Assembly: GCF_009914755.1 (NCBI RefSeq)
Contig: NC_060947.1
Length of the DNA stretch: 64,000 nt
Reading direction: 5' to 3' (one strand)
Source of the DNA: the human T2T-CHM13v2.0 reference genome, Homo sapiens
Shown here piece after piece: positions 45,816-59,196 of this stretch. Position 1 is the stretch's first letter; every line of letters begins with the position of its first letter. Under the pieces are notes generated by a model, which had not been told where the DNA came from, ran no database searches, and saw only the letters and a program-made list of their open reading frames with translations. A program made the position numbers and the translations under genes.

Positions 45816-47259
45816 ACAAGGTAAGCACACCTGTATTACACAGGTGAGCTAAGCATTACACAGGTATGCCAAGAGATAACTGAGTCACACAACTAAGGTC
45901 AATCAGTTGTAACACGAATTCTTACTTCCATAAAGACTTGATTTGTAAAAGAAAAATAATAAAACATAAAAATAAAAAAGTATTAAAATAAATGTTTGAA
46001 AAAGATATTCCTTAAGAGGCCCTTCCTAAAGAAGGCATACTGCATCTAGCCTACATGTGGAGATCCAAACAAACTATTAATGATTACAAATAAGCCGCCC
46101 TGACCTGCTTAAACACCGGAACACAGATTAGCTAAATTCCATCCAATAATTCATTCAAATTCTAGGAACCGACAAATCCCATAAAATGTAATAAACATGA
46201 CTTAAATGAGAGCATTCAAATATCCTTGGTTCGCAAAAATTGACTCTATTTTTGTAACATCCACAGCAATACCTCTGGACCTATCTCTGGTATCAAGAGA
46301 CAAAAAAGTCATTTTCTAGAATGGTTGGTAAAATTATATATCATCTCTTCCAGAAACTCCAAATATCTTTACCAAATGTAAAAATGGACTTTCATTCTAC
46401 ATTTTTTGACTTATATTTTTAAGATTACATTATCATTTATAAATATAATGCAAAATGGAAGAGTGTTGATCCACGTTGTTGTAAATATTTCTTTACCCTT
46501 AACTACTTATTGAATGCCTGTTGTGTAAGAAGGTGAATGGAGTCTTTCCCCTCTAACACTCTATGTGATAGTGGAGGCTTTTCTCACATACACTATGCAT
46601 TAATTATTTTAGCCACCCCATGGAAAGTTGAAAGTATCTTTATTTTAGAGATGAGAAAACTGAGTAATAGAGAGAAAATAGCATATGCAGGTCCCACAGA
46701 CTAGATTCCTATTATACTCCTGTTTTCATCTTAATATCTTAGCTATGGAATATTCCTTAATGTTCTTTGAAAAGTTTAACACCATTAAAATTCTTATTTA
46801 CATCAAAATAAACATGAATAGAATAATTCAGAGGACAAAACAGGAAATGTATTTGGGACATGGATGACAGAAAATTTCCTATTCTTATTTAGAATTATCA
46901 CTTATATGTCAAGAAGAAAAATAACATTCCCACACTATTCAAAGCTTTTTTTAAGCATCAATTTCCTAACCTATTTTGATAGGTAACTCCATTTGTGGAG
47001 TTACATCTTTGTAAGATTTTTTTGAAGATCAGAAATAATAAATGTAAATTACATGCTAGGCATTTAACATATTTCCTAAATGCAGACACACCTAGTGGAA
47101 TAAATGATGTATTTTGGTTATACTATCCTTATAAAATTTTCATACTTAATGAGGGCTTTACCTTAAATAACTTTTTGTTTTTAAGTTACTTACACTAAAT
47201 CATTTTTTTAAAAACCTCTAGGTTTTTGGACTATAACACAATAACGCTCCTTTAATCTT

Positions 47260-50170
47260 CATAAAGAGACCACTATGAACAATTTTACACCAAGAAACTG
47301 TAATCTAAAAACATGGTTAAATTCCTAGAAACATAAAACCTACCAAATCTGAACTATGTAAAAATGGAAAAGTCTGAATAGATCAATACAAGTAAGGGAT
47401 TGAGTAAGTAATTTTTAAACTCTCAACAAAGAAAAGCAAAAGACGAGGTGACTTCATAAGTGATTTCTATCAAACATTTTTTAAAGAAAATTAATGCCAA
47501 TGCTTCACGAACTCTTTGAAAAAACTGAAGTGGAGGGAGCACTTCCAAATTCACTTTATAAGGTCAGCATTACCAAAGCCAGAAAAAGACATCCCAAGAA
47601 AACTGCAACTCAATATCCTTGACAGATATAGAGGCAAAATTCTCAACAAAATTCTGGCAAATTTTAACAACACATTAAAAGGATCATATACCATGACCAA
47701 GTGAGATTTATCCTTGGGATACAAGGATGGTTCAACATGAAAATCAATTAGTATGATACACCACGTTAACAGAATAAATAAGAAGTCACATGTTCATTTC
47801 ATTAGATGCTGAAAACTTGTTTGGCAAAATTCAACACAATTTCACTATTTAAAAAAAACCATTAAACTCTCAACAAACTAGGAATAGAAGGAAATTGCTT
47901 CAATGTAAAAGCCATATATAAAAAGATCGCAGGTCATATCACAACAACTGCGAACTGAAAGGATTTTCTATGAAATCAGGAACAGGAGGAACAAGGTAAG
48001 TATGCCCATTCTTGCCACTTCTACCGATGGCAATACTGGAAGTCCTTGCTAGAATAATTAGGCAAAAAAAAAAAAGTAAAGGTATATAAATCAGAAATGA
48101 AGAATGTTATTCCTATTTGCAGATGACATAATCTTATGAATAGAAAACCCTAGAATCCATTAAAAACACTAGAACCAATTTAAAAATCAGTAAAGTTGTA
48201 GGATACAAAATCATCATACAAAAATTAGTTGAGTTTCTAGGAGACAAATTCCATTCACAAGAGCACCAAAAAGAAAACAGTAATAAACTAAAGAGGTCAA
48301 AGAGTATGTACTGAAAACTATAAAACATTGATGAAAGAAATTAAAGATGACAAAATCAAATGGAAAGACATCCTACATTCATGGATCGAAGGACTTAAAA
48401 TTGTCATTACATTCAAAGAAATCTACAGAACTAATATAATCTTTATCAAAATTCCAATGGCATTTTTCACAGAAACAGAGAAAAACTCTGAAATTCATAT
48501 GGAACCACAAAGAATCCCAAATGGCTAAATCAACCTTGAGAAAGAAGTACAAAATTGGAGGTATCACACTTCCTGATTTCAAAATATATTACTAAACTAC
48601 AGTAATTAAAAATAAATTGTATTGTCATGAAGACAGACATATAGACCAATAGAACAGAATAGAGCCCAGATATAAATCTACACATATAGGGTTAACTGAT
48701 GTTCCACGATAGAGCCAAGCATACACAAGGAGGAAAGGATAATCTCTTCAACAAATGGTGTTGGAAAAACTGGATATCCACGTGCAAAATAATGAAATTG
48801 GTGCTTATCTTATGCCATATGCAAATATCAACTCCAAACGGATAAAATATGTAAATGTAAAACCTCAATCCATAAAACTCCTAGAAGAAAACATTGGAAA
48901 AATCTTGTGACATTCATCCTCGCAATTATTTCCAAAAGCACAAGCAATAAAAGCAAAAAAAATAGAATTAAGACTACATAAAACTAAAAATCTTCTGTTT
49001 AGAAAAGGGAACAAATCAACACTGTGAAAAGGCAATCTATGGAATGGGAAAATACAAACCATATATATATATTATGAGAATTATTTCTAACTCAGAGCTA
49101 TTAGGAGGGTTAAATAAAATGAATTATATAAAGAATACTTCATGGTATAGCTACATTCTAAGTTATCAAAAAGACAGCAACCAATATCATGATTACTATT
49201 TTAAATACATCAGGGCTTAGGTAAGATTTTGTGATCAGACCTGAAGACCTTATATTATATTAACAACTGGTTATCTTCTAAAATATATAAAGAATTCCTA
49301 CAACTCATTGGCAAAAAAAAAAAAACTAAAAACGCAATTAAAAATGGGCTAAAGGCTTGAACAGACATTTCTCCAAAGACGACACCCAAATGGTCAACAG
49401 GTGTATGAAAATATGTTCAACATTATGAATTATCAGGGAAATGTAAATGAAAAGCAGAATGAGCTATCACATTTATACCTGTTGGATGCCTACTATTAAA
49501 AAATGGATTAGTAAGGATGTGGAATAATTGGAACTATTGTACACCGTTGGTGAAGTAAAAAATGGCATGGCTATTATGGAAAATAATATAGTTGCTCCTC
49601 AAAAATTAAAAACAGAACTCCCACTTGATCTAGCAATCTCACTTTTGGATATTTATCCAAAAGAATTGAAATCAGGATCTTGAAGGGATACCTGCAATGC
49701 CATGTTCATTGCAACACCATTCACAAGAGCCAAGATGTGGAAACATCCTCAGTGTCCACTGATGGATGAGGGGATAAAGAAAATGTGGTATATACATACA
49801 AGAGATTACTATTAATATTCAAAAAGAAAGAGATCCTGCCACATTAACAACATGGATGAACCCTAAGGACATTATGGGAAGTGAAATAAGACAGTCACAT
49901 AAGGACAAACACTCCATGATTCTACTTATAAGAGGTATGTAAAATACTCAAGCTGATCAAATCAGAGAGTGAAATAGTAGTTGCTAGAGGCTGTGGAGAG
50001 GAGGAAGTGGGAAGCTGCTAATTAACGAAGGTTCAGCTATGAAAGATGAGAAAATTCTCAAGATCTGTTGTACAACTTGTACCTATACTGAACAATGCTG
50101 TATTTTACACTTAAAAATCAGTTAAGAGGGTGAATCCCATGTTAAGTGTTCTTACACACAATAAAGTAAA
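47260..50170 (+). mobile_element. Old L1M (L1MA/MB-like), ~2.9 kb, decayed ORF2 plus 3'UTR
   Basis: Peptide relics ([36 protein letters not shown]), ctatttgcagatgacata (LFADD), and a 3'UTR ending taagtgttcttacacacaataaa. Confidence 0.9.
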
Positions 50171-50849
50171 TTTCAAAAGAAGTTAAACGATAAGAGTGTA
50201 ACTGTTGAAAATAACATCATCACATATATTCACTTCAAGGTTCCTTCCAGTTTTAAAATTCTACTCAGAAGTCTTCAGTGTACCAATTTATAGAGTTGAG
50301 CTAAAACCTAACAATTCTGTTTCTGGGTAATTTGTTCAGTCACATCAGGATGTATAAAGGCTTCCTCGAAGCAAATTAGTGATACTTTTAATCTAAGGAG
50401 TGGTCTCCCTGGCTGGCTTCCCATCCTCTGTTTGCCAATTACTTTCTACAATATGTGGACAGTCTGAGGGACAAGTTGTGCCAGGAGGGGGCAAAGGCAG
50501 AGATAGAGTGAAAAATCTCCTCTGCCTCATCCCCTCCCAACACAGGATTGCTGGATGTAAAATCACCCAGAAGTGCTTTTTCTGCTTTATAAAAGGCATT
50601 ACTATGTTCTGCTCTGCATGGTTCCAAGATTGTTCCTCAGCAACCTCAGAACAAAAAAGGATATCCTTTTCCTTAGAATCTTTTACTCGGTATATTAACT
50701 TGCCGAACTCTATACAGGTTGTGAGTTTGTTTATAAATCAGAATCCAGGCTATCTCTTCTCATAAAAGTGCTAATAAAAACATAAAAATTTTCTCAGATC
50801 AGACCACAAAATCTTATCTAACCCCTGATGTATCTAAAGTAGTAATCAT

Positions 50850-51040
50850 ATTGGTTGCCGGGTTTTGAGAACTTACAATGTGCTTATACCATGCAATGTT
50901 CTTTATAAAATTAATCTCATTTAACACTCCTAATAACTATATGAGTTAGAAACAGTTTCAATAATACACATGAGGAAACTGAGGCCCAGAGTTCAAGAAA
51001 TTCTCTGAAGGTCACATAGCAAGTAAGTAATAATGAAGGC
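50850..51040 (-). mobile_element. MIR SINE
   Basis: atctcatttaacactcc...catgaggaaactgaggcccagag...aaggtcacatagcaagtaagt. Confidence 0.75.
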
Positions 51041-51360
51041 TCTTAAAAGTAGATGTAGGGGGGCAGAAGAGTATAGGTAAGAGTGATGTCATATGAGAAA
51101 GACTCAATTTGCCCTTGTTAGCTTTGAAGTTGAAAGGGGGCAATGAGCCAGTGAATGTGGTCAGCCTCTAGAAGCTAGAAAAGGCATGGAAATGGATTCT
51201 CCTCTACAGCCTCCAAAAGGAAGGCAGCCCTGCTGATATGTTAATGTTAGCTGAATGAGACCTGTTTTAAACATCTGAACTAAAGAACTGTAAAATAATG
51301 AATATGTGTTGATTAGGGGCACTAGGTTTGTAGTTGTTGCATCAAAAATCGAACTAATAC
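51040..51360 (+). mobile_element. MaLR LTR (MLT1D-like)
   Basis: gcctctagaagctagaaaaggcatggaaatggattctcctctacagcctcca...gaactaataca. Confidence 0.8.
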
Positions 51361-51446
51361 ATATAGACACATGATTAGTTATCAGGATGGGTTAATTTAA
51401 AAGAAGTATGTTTTTGTCCCTGTGGCCATCAACTATTCAGGGTAGT

Positions 51447-51737
51447 GTTTTGAGACCGAGTCTTGCCCTGTCACCCAGGCTGGAGTGCAGTGGCCGATCT
51501 CAGCTCACTGCAACCTCCACCTCCTGGCTTCAAGCAATCCTCATGCCTCAGCTTCCCAAGTAGCTGGGATTACAGGTGTGTGCCACCACACTCGCTTAAT
51601 TTTTGTGTTTTCAGTAGAAACAGCATTTTGCCATGTTGGCCAGGCTGGTCTCAAACTCCTAGCCTCAAGTGATCTCCCCGCGTCATCCTCCAAAAGAGGC
51701 GGGATTACAGGCATGAGCCACTACACCCAGCTCGCGG
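51447..51737 (-). mobile_element. Old Alu (AluJ/S), tail nearly lost
   Basis: tttgagaccgagtcttgccctgtcacccaggctggagtgcagtgg...gggattacaggcatgagccact. Confidence 0.9.
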
Positions 51738-51877
51738 TGTAGTTTGTTTTTTTAAGTGTTACAATGAGGGTAGCCTTCACTTTTACTGTCGTTTGAACCT
51801 ACTCTAATCAGCAACACCTCCAAATACACACACATGCACACACCACTGAAATTGTTCTTATTAAAGGGGATATAAAC

Positions 51878-51994
51878 TAGAGAGAGCATGTAACTTTATC
51901 GGTCAAAATGGGAAAGTTTTAAGAGTGAATAGGAGTGTTAGTAATTCCACTGTAGTAACTGCTATATATTAGGATTTCCCAGACATCGTACCCT
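51878..51994 (+). mobile_element. hAT-Blackjack MER94-like MITE
   Basis: catgtaactttatcggtcaaaatgggaaagttttaagagtgaataggagtgttagtaatt. Confidence 0.55.
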
Positions 51995-51999
51995 ACTGT

Positions 52000-52520
52000 T
52001 TTCCTAAATTCACTGAATAATTTTCAATCATCATGTTATTTGAACTCATCAGCAATATTTAATGTAGTTAGGTATCTTCCTTTCTCTGAAAACACTTTCT
52101 TCTGGATTCCAGAATGCCACATCTATCTTCTCCTTTTTCTCTCCCCTTTCTAGCCACCTTTTTCAGCCCCTTTGCTGATGCCTCATCATATATACATCTA
52201 GAGATCTCATCTGTCTACACATTTTTCCTTGGCAATCTTATCCTGGCCGATGGATTTAAATAACATCTATGTGTTGACTTCTAAATTATTATCCTCAACT
52301 CTGATCTTAGAACCCCTTCTTTACATGCATTCATAGCCTCATAGGCACCTCAAGATTAATATGTTTAAAACTGAAATCCTAACGTTCACTCCCAAACCTG
52401 TTCCTTCTACAGTCTCACCCATCTTGGTTTGTGGCAACTCTATTTGGCCAGTTGCTTAAGTAAGAAACCTCACGGTAATCCTTGATTTCTCTAATTATTT
52501 CATAAGTCACATCTACTGCA
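52000..52520. mobile_element. L2 LINE fragment
   Basis: ggatttaaataacatctatgtgttgact...cccaaacctgttccttctacagtctcacccatcttggtttgtggcaactc. Confidence 0.7.
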
Positions 52521-52639
52521 TCAGGAGGGAAATGACTTTGATGAAATATTGGCCTCCAATTCTGCTACCAGATATGCTATGCTAGAGGATCATGAAACAG
52601 AAAAGCTCACAGATAAAATTAAAAGGCTCATATCATACC

Positions 52640-52947
<308 letters not shown>

Positions 52948-55862
52948 TTACCATTTATTAAATGAGTTAAAAACGTATGGCATGAGGGAAGACAGCAGGA
53001 GGATAATAAAATTAGAATACTTTCAGACACAGATTGTTTTGCATGTTTATGTGTCACTTGCTTCAATAACAGTACCTGGCACATAATAGGTGATTCAAAC
53101 ACAAGCGCTAAATAATCAAATGTATGAATACTGCTCTATGTGTGCGTAACGCAATATATAAGAATCACCGTCGAGAAAGTGCAGCGTCACCCTACTATAA
53201 TGAGCATGGGCATGGAGTTGAATAAATGCAAATTTGAATTCAGGTTCTGCCACTTACTAATTAGGCCTAGAAATACAAATTAAGTTGGCCAATTTAAAAC
53301 AGAGACAAAAGCACTCTGAGCTAAGGGAAGCATAAAAGCTAATATGGAAAATTTTGGGGCACCTGTGTGGGAGAACGAGTGATGTAATTTGGTTGAAGGA
53401 ACATGAAATACGTGTGTAATGAGCATAAAAATATAAAATATTAATATATCATAAATCTTTTCGAGGCAGTTTAGGAGAGTAGCCTTGTTATATGGACAAA
53501 ATTAAGCGAAAAAAATTGTATTATTAGGGCTCTGAATAACATTAAAAAATGGACAAGAAACTTCATAATAAACTTCACTTGGAGACATACTAGGTTTGAG
53601 ATATTAGTGGATATCAAGGTATAGATACATACAAAGAGTTGAAAATTAATTGGAAATGTGGCTATAACTCAAGTAAGATTGGAAGTGGTGAAGACAGAGA
53701 TACAATGATCATTTGCATACAGATTGAATACAGATTGAAGCCAGGTTATTAAATTATTATTAAATTATGTTGATAAAAGAACAAGTACAGAGATAAGAAT
53801 GCCAAGATATTTCCCATGAGTTTCATAAGCTAAAGAAGTTGGAAGAACAGAAAGAGCCAGGTAATGAAAGACACAGAATAGTCAGAGAGGAAGAACCCGC
53901 TGAGTGTAGAGGCTGAGAAAAATGTTTCATCAGTGGTAGAAAGTTAGGAGAGCTGAATAAAAGCCATTTGTCTCTGTGATTAAGAATACTTATTTGTTGA
54001 ATAAATAAATGAAGTTAAAGCAGAGTGATGTGTCTGGGGAGTGAGGGCATGCACGTGTTTTCCATAGGGGACAGTCACCCACATGGCTCTCTCCTCTTAT
54101 AGAGAACGTTATTTTTCTCTGTAGACCAGCAAGTAAACACTTTAATAAAGCTTTCTGATGGAATCAGATCCAGCCTGTCTTGAGTTCCTTTGAAGTAGAG
54201 CAGGTACAGCCTGTAGGGGCAGTGAAAGCTCAGTCCTTTTGACACTTTTGAAATAAATGTTCTTAGTGTGAATAATTAAGGCATACACTTATCAAACCTA
54301 ACTACATGTAACATCATCTTCTGATATGCTTCCTTTAGTGACAGAATATATCATTCCCCATCCCCCATCTCTTGTGATTTGTGCTGTGTCTTTTTTAAAT
54401 GATAAACATTACATTTATTTGAATGGCTTATTTTAAATAAAACAAGTAAGTGAATTTGTTGAATTATCTGTGATTTATGACATATTATGTATTTGGTAAT
54501 ATTTACACAAAGGTAGAATGAGCAGAGCCTAGCAAGATGTAAGTCCATTTGTAATTACTTCATTAAGGAGTCATACCTGAGCGATGCCTTAATGAAGGTG
54601 GTGATGAGGTGAAAATGTGCTACCAGAATAGGCATTGGAGAAAACCTAGAAAAGGCAGCTCAATAAAGTGATAATGAGAGGGGGAAAAAAACCCCTATAT
54701 CTTTGCTTGGTGTATGCTCCTTAATCTTAGGAGGTGGCACTTATTCCTTAAGTCTTGGTGATTTCAACGGAGGGAATGGTGATAAATTGAGTCTAGAGAG
54801 TCGATGGAGAGTCAAGAGGTCCAGAATGAGAGAGAGTGAGAAGAGAGCTTTGCAAGTAAACTAGCCAAGGATGGAGGTCATAACTATTTCAAAGCTTAGA
54901 ATTTTCAGCTAATGCATCGATTAACTGCCAAATAAATTACTAATTAAATGCACACCACTATCTTAACAAAAAATTGAGTCTCCAAAAATGTACACATTTT
55001 TTAGCCGATAGGATCAGGTCTATCATTTTTAAACTCCCATTCATAGTGTAGTTTTGATAAAAATCACATCCTCTAGCACGTTTCGAATTGGCTCCATTGA
55101 GCAAAATAAATCATTTTTGTTAAAAAGTAATTCTTGCAAATCTAGCAATCCTAGCACATTTCATTCCCACGCTGTAACATTTATAAGGCTATTTCTTGTA
55201 TATTGGGTTCCATACAATATTGAAAGGGTGGAAAACTCCACTGAGTCTTCCTCATATAGAAAGTACTAAACATTGCCGAGAATATGACCTGGTTTCAGTG
55301 TGACTTTTTCTTATAAATACTACAGAGCCTGCTATACACAAGTTTAAATTAGCAAAATTAAAGGAGAGCATATGAAGAAGCTTGCAGTTATATTTTTCTT
55401 ACATAGAATATATATTTTAGAATGAATAGATAAAATAATTCACTTAGAATGTATGTATTTCCTTTACGTAGATCCAGAAAAATCTCCCCAAATAGTGTAA
55501 TTAGCAATTTTCACAGATGTACCTACACTTTTCGAAGTTACATATATAAAACTTTTCATGAGCCTCATGTTTTTTATAACCATTAGCAGCCTTTGTCAAA
55601 GAGAACCTTAGAGGTTATTACATAATGAAAGTAGAAACCATTACGGGAATTCATATTTATGAAGAATCAACGTATAGTAAACCTAGAGAAGACTCAATAA
55701 CAAAGCAGAATCACATGAGGGAATCAATAAAACTTGGAAAAACAAACCAGCTCTTCACGAGGAGATAAAAGGCACTGAAAAATTCAAGCAAGTAAAAGCA
55801 GTGTTAGATTATCTTGGAAGCAGTTCTCTGGTTTGTACAACAGAGAGTAAATGTTGACAGAC

Positions 55863-55991
55863 CTGTGAAGGAAATGGGCTCCGTGTAGGGTCAGAGGTGG
55901 TGACATAAGCAGCCTGTGTGTAGGCATAGCTCTTGAATCGAGGCTTAGGGGAAGAAGTTCTCTCATATCCCTGTGCTAGACTGACCGTGAT
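55863..55991 (-). CDS. DMD: Dystrophin exon 9 (129 bp, hinge 1, in-frame cassette)
   Basis: Acceptor ttctctgcag|ATCACG and donor TCACAG|gtctgt; encodes ITVSLAQGYERTSSPKPRFKSYAYTQAAYVTTSDPTRSPFPSQ. The supplied ORF track does not show this frame. Confidence 0.98.
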
Positions 55992-56969
55992 CTGCAGAGA
56001 AGGGTTTGGGGGAGTGGATAGAGAGGAGGGGGAAAAACCATAAGTAACCCGAAAGGACTACTTTCCAACATGGTAGAAAACAGAACATTAAATGGAAATG
56101 GTGAGATTCAATGTTTAATACTAAACATATATAAATGATATTCGAAATTGGTATACTCCCAGAATGAAGGCACTTAATATCATGTTGGAGAGTAAATGAT
56201 CTGGGAAGATATGAGCATGCTATTTAGCCATGAGGATTCCAAAGTAACACAACTCCAACATTTATATGGGATGGTACTCTTCAATCCGGCAAAAACAGGC
56301 ATCCATAAGCAATTTTCTCTAAATCCAAAGTAAATAAAAACAGAATTCATCAGGTCCATACCCTGGAAAGGACTAAAAATTTCATAAGCTAATACAGAGC
56401 TAGCTCAGCAAAGTGAGAGAGTTTGGCCTAAGAGCTCTCCACACATTCAGCAGAAATGTTGCTAAAGGTTTCTTCACTGTTGTTTGTGCCTGAGAAAGCA
56501 TAGGAAAACATCCAAACCACCCACTGTTGAGAGAAAGAACAAGCCAATGTCATGGAAGAACCCCACTAAATTCTATACAATTATGTAACGAAGAATTTCA
56601 TCATGTTTTTCTTTATTGTTTATTTGAAATAGTTTAAACCACTTTTCTATTTTCAAAATTGTTATCCTGAATAATCAAAATCTGACTTTGTACATCATAT
56701 TGTCATAAAGTATTTTTTAATGATTAAAAACTGTATTTGCCTTTAATCTTTCTCTAGCTCTTTGTTCTAGTTGATGAAGATTTTAGAGTTTAATATGTAC
56801 GTAAGTTTGCCTTTCATTTCATTGTGTGTTACACAATGGAAATTTAATATATTATGTTCTATATTCCTATGATATGGTACATATGAATAGTATTTTTAAA
56901 ATATGTTTTGAAATGAATATTGTAGTCAATGAAGCAAAATTGAAAAGGTTTAGTCTGTCTCTGTTTTTG

Positions 56970-57040
56970 TACATATACATACATTAGGCTTTGTATATAT
57001 ACACGTGTATATACATATAAGTTATATATATATGTGCACG
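56970..57040. repeat. TA/CA-rich purine-pyrimidine alternating tract in intron 8
   Basis: tacatatacatac...tgtatatatacacgtgtatatacatataagttatatatatatgtgcac. Confidence 0.7.
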
Positions 57041-57106
57041 TAATACCTAAAAATGCATATAAAACAGAAAACATCTTGAATAGTAGCTGTCCTTTACACA
57101 CTTTAC

Positions 57107-57288
57107 CTGTTGAGAATAGTGCATTTGATGATGTAACTGAAAATGTTCTTCTTTAGTCACTTTAGGTGGCCTTGGCAACATTTCCACTTCCTGGATGGCT
57201 TCAATGCTCACTTGTTGAGGCAAAACTTGGAAGAGTGATGTGATGTACATTAAGATGGACTTCTTATCTGGATAGGTGGTATCAACAT
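57107..57288 (-). CDS. DMD: Dystrophin exon 8 (182 bp, end of CH2 actin-binding domain and start of hinge 1)
   Basis: Acceptor gcttacag|ATGTTGAT and donor CAACAG|gtaaag; encodes [60 protein letters not shown]. Confidence 0.98.
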
Positions 57289-58227
57289 CTGTAAGCACAT
57301 TAACACTACACATCAATTTTTGGTTTCTATATTTGAGACTCTAAAAGGATAATGAACAAATCAAAGTTAAAGGAAGACGATAGATTAATGAACAGTGAAT
57401 TGTCCATGAATGTCCTCCAGAGACTAATTAGAACATGAGAATGAGGCCTAAAATGTCTTTCCAATTTGGCAGACCAATGAGATGAGCAGTAAAGTTAATT
57501 TATTTTCCTTGTTCATATAAAAACTTCATTCCATATTACTTTTTCCTAAGTCAAATTGCCAAACTAGCCCATCTAACAGAGTAGCTTTCATTAGATAAGA
57601 AACAAAAATAAAAGATTACATTTTCCCTCCAATGGAAAGTTATATTAACATGTCAATTCAAATGGTGCACTGGTAATTAAACAAATACACAAAATGGTTT
57701 ACCGCTTTGGTTCTCAGTAAAGAAACCTGATACCTTTTAACTGAATGTTGCTGATATTAAAGTATGCAGAGAGCTAAATAAGTCTCTGCTGAAATGAGTC
57801 ATGTATCCACAATATAAATTAAACAGAAAAATACCATATAATGATTTTTACTATTCCGTGTATGTTAAAAATATTTGTTTACATTGTGGTGCATGGGATA
57901 AAGTAGAATATCACTTTCCTTCTCAGACATTAGAGACAAATGTAAAAGTCCCGCACATTAAGTTGATCTGACTTCATATCCTTTGCCACATCCAGAAAGT
58001 GAATGAAACGCAGCATTTAAAGTCAATAATACTTTGTAATAACACATATAAAGTGGCAGCTCCTTCAAAAGATTCATTTGCTACTTGGCATTAAAATTTA
58101 CTTACTGCACTCATTCCAGTGAACCAAGATGTAAAGTAATCCTTTATGTGAAGTATGTCATTAGTACTAGAAATGTTAACACATAAGTTCTGACTATGAA
58201 ATGCTAGCATTTCATTGTCATCCTTTT

Positions 58228-58685
58228 TCATCCTTTAAAAAGAAGGAAATTTTGTCATTGAGACAGCATGTGTAAATCTGGAGGATATTAAGTGAAATAA
58301 GCCAGGCACAGAAAGATAAGTACCACATGATCTCACTAACACATGGAATCTAAAAAGTTGAATTCATAGAAGTAGAGAGTAGAATGGTGTTTACCAGGGG
58401 CTGTGGGGCAGGGGTTGGGAAGATGTTGGTCAAAGGACACAAAATTTCAGTTAGATAGGAAAAATAAGTTCAGGAGATCTATTGTACAACCTAGTTTATA
58501 ACAATGTATTGTATTCCTAAAAATTGCTGCGAGAGTAGATATTAAGTATACTCACCATGAAACATGCTAAGCATATGAAGTAAAACATGTATTAATTAGT
58601 TCAATGTAGCCATTCCAGAACGTATACATATTTCAAAACATCGTGTTGTACATGATAAATGTATGCAATTTTAGTTTTTTAATCA
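58228..58685 (+). mobile_element. L1MA 3'UTR fragment
   Basis: aagtgaaataagccaggcacagaaagataagtaccacatgatctcact...gttggtcaaaggacacaaaatttcagttagatagga. Confidence 0.85.
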
Positions 58686-59040
58686 TTAATGAATATAAAA
58701 ATCAAAGATAAAAGATAAACATAAATCCTGGCAGGAGGTCAAGGTAATGTGGCAATGTATTTTCCTTGCCATACAATTTATCTTAGCTTAACTACTATTA
58801 AGATATCTGTATTCAGTATGTATATTCTGATCAGGTGTTCTGATTATAAGTGAAAAAGCCAAGAGTAAAGTCTCAAGTCCGTTAGCACAAAAGCAGGTTG
58901 AACAAGTGACTTCATCAATTCTTTTGCAAGTATCAGAACCATGATTAATCAGAACAGCTATTTTTAAAGTATTTTTAAAAAGAGTTACAAGAGACGAAAA
59001 AATTAATGTTCCTTGGTCTACTTCTATCCGTAGAACAATA

Positions 59041-59196
59041 CAGTGCTTCTCAATTCTTAATGTACATATGAATCACCTGGGGATCTTTTAAAACTACAGA
59101 ATCTGATTCAATAGATCGGGGTAGAGCCTGGAGCTCTGCATTTGCAATAGTCTCCCAAGTGATGCTGAAACTGCTAGTCTGCTACATTTTGAATAA
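59041..59196. mobile_element. hAT-Charlie MER5A-like element
   Basis: cagtgcttctcaattcttaatgtacatatgaatcacctggggatctt...ctgcatttgcaatagtctcccaagtgatgctga. Confidence 0.8.

Noticed and set aside
53716-53770. Adjacent short direct duplications (atacagattga x2, ttattaaatta x2)
   Set aside because: Ordinary slippage events in decayed repeat sequence.
55784-55966. 60-aa ORF overlapping exon 9
   Set aside because: It is an alternative frame of exon 9 running into the intron, with no support for use.
58958-58967. MEF2-like site CTATTTTTAA
   Set aside because: Expected by chance in AT-rich DNA, with no supporting motif cluster.
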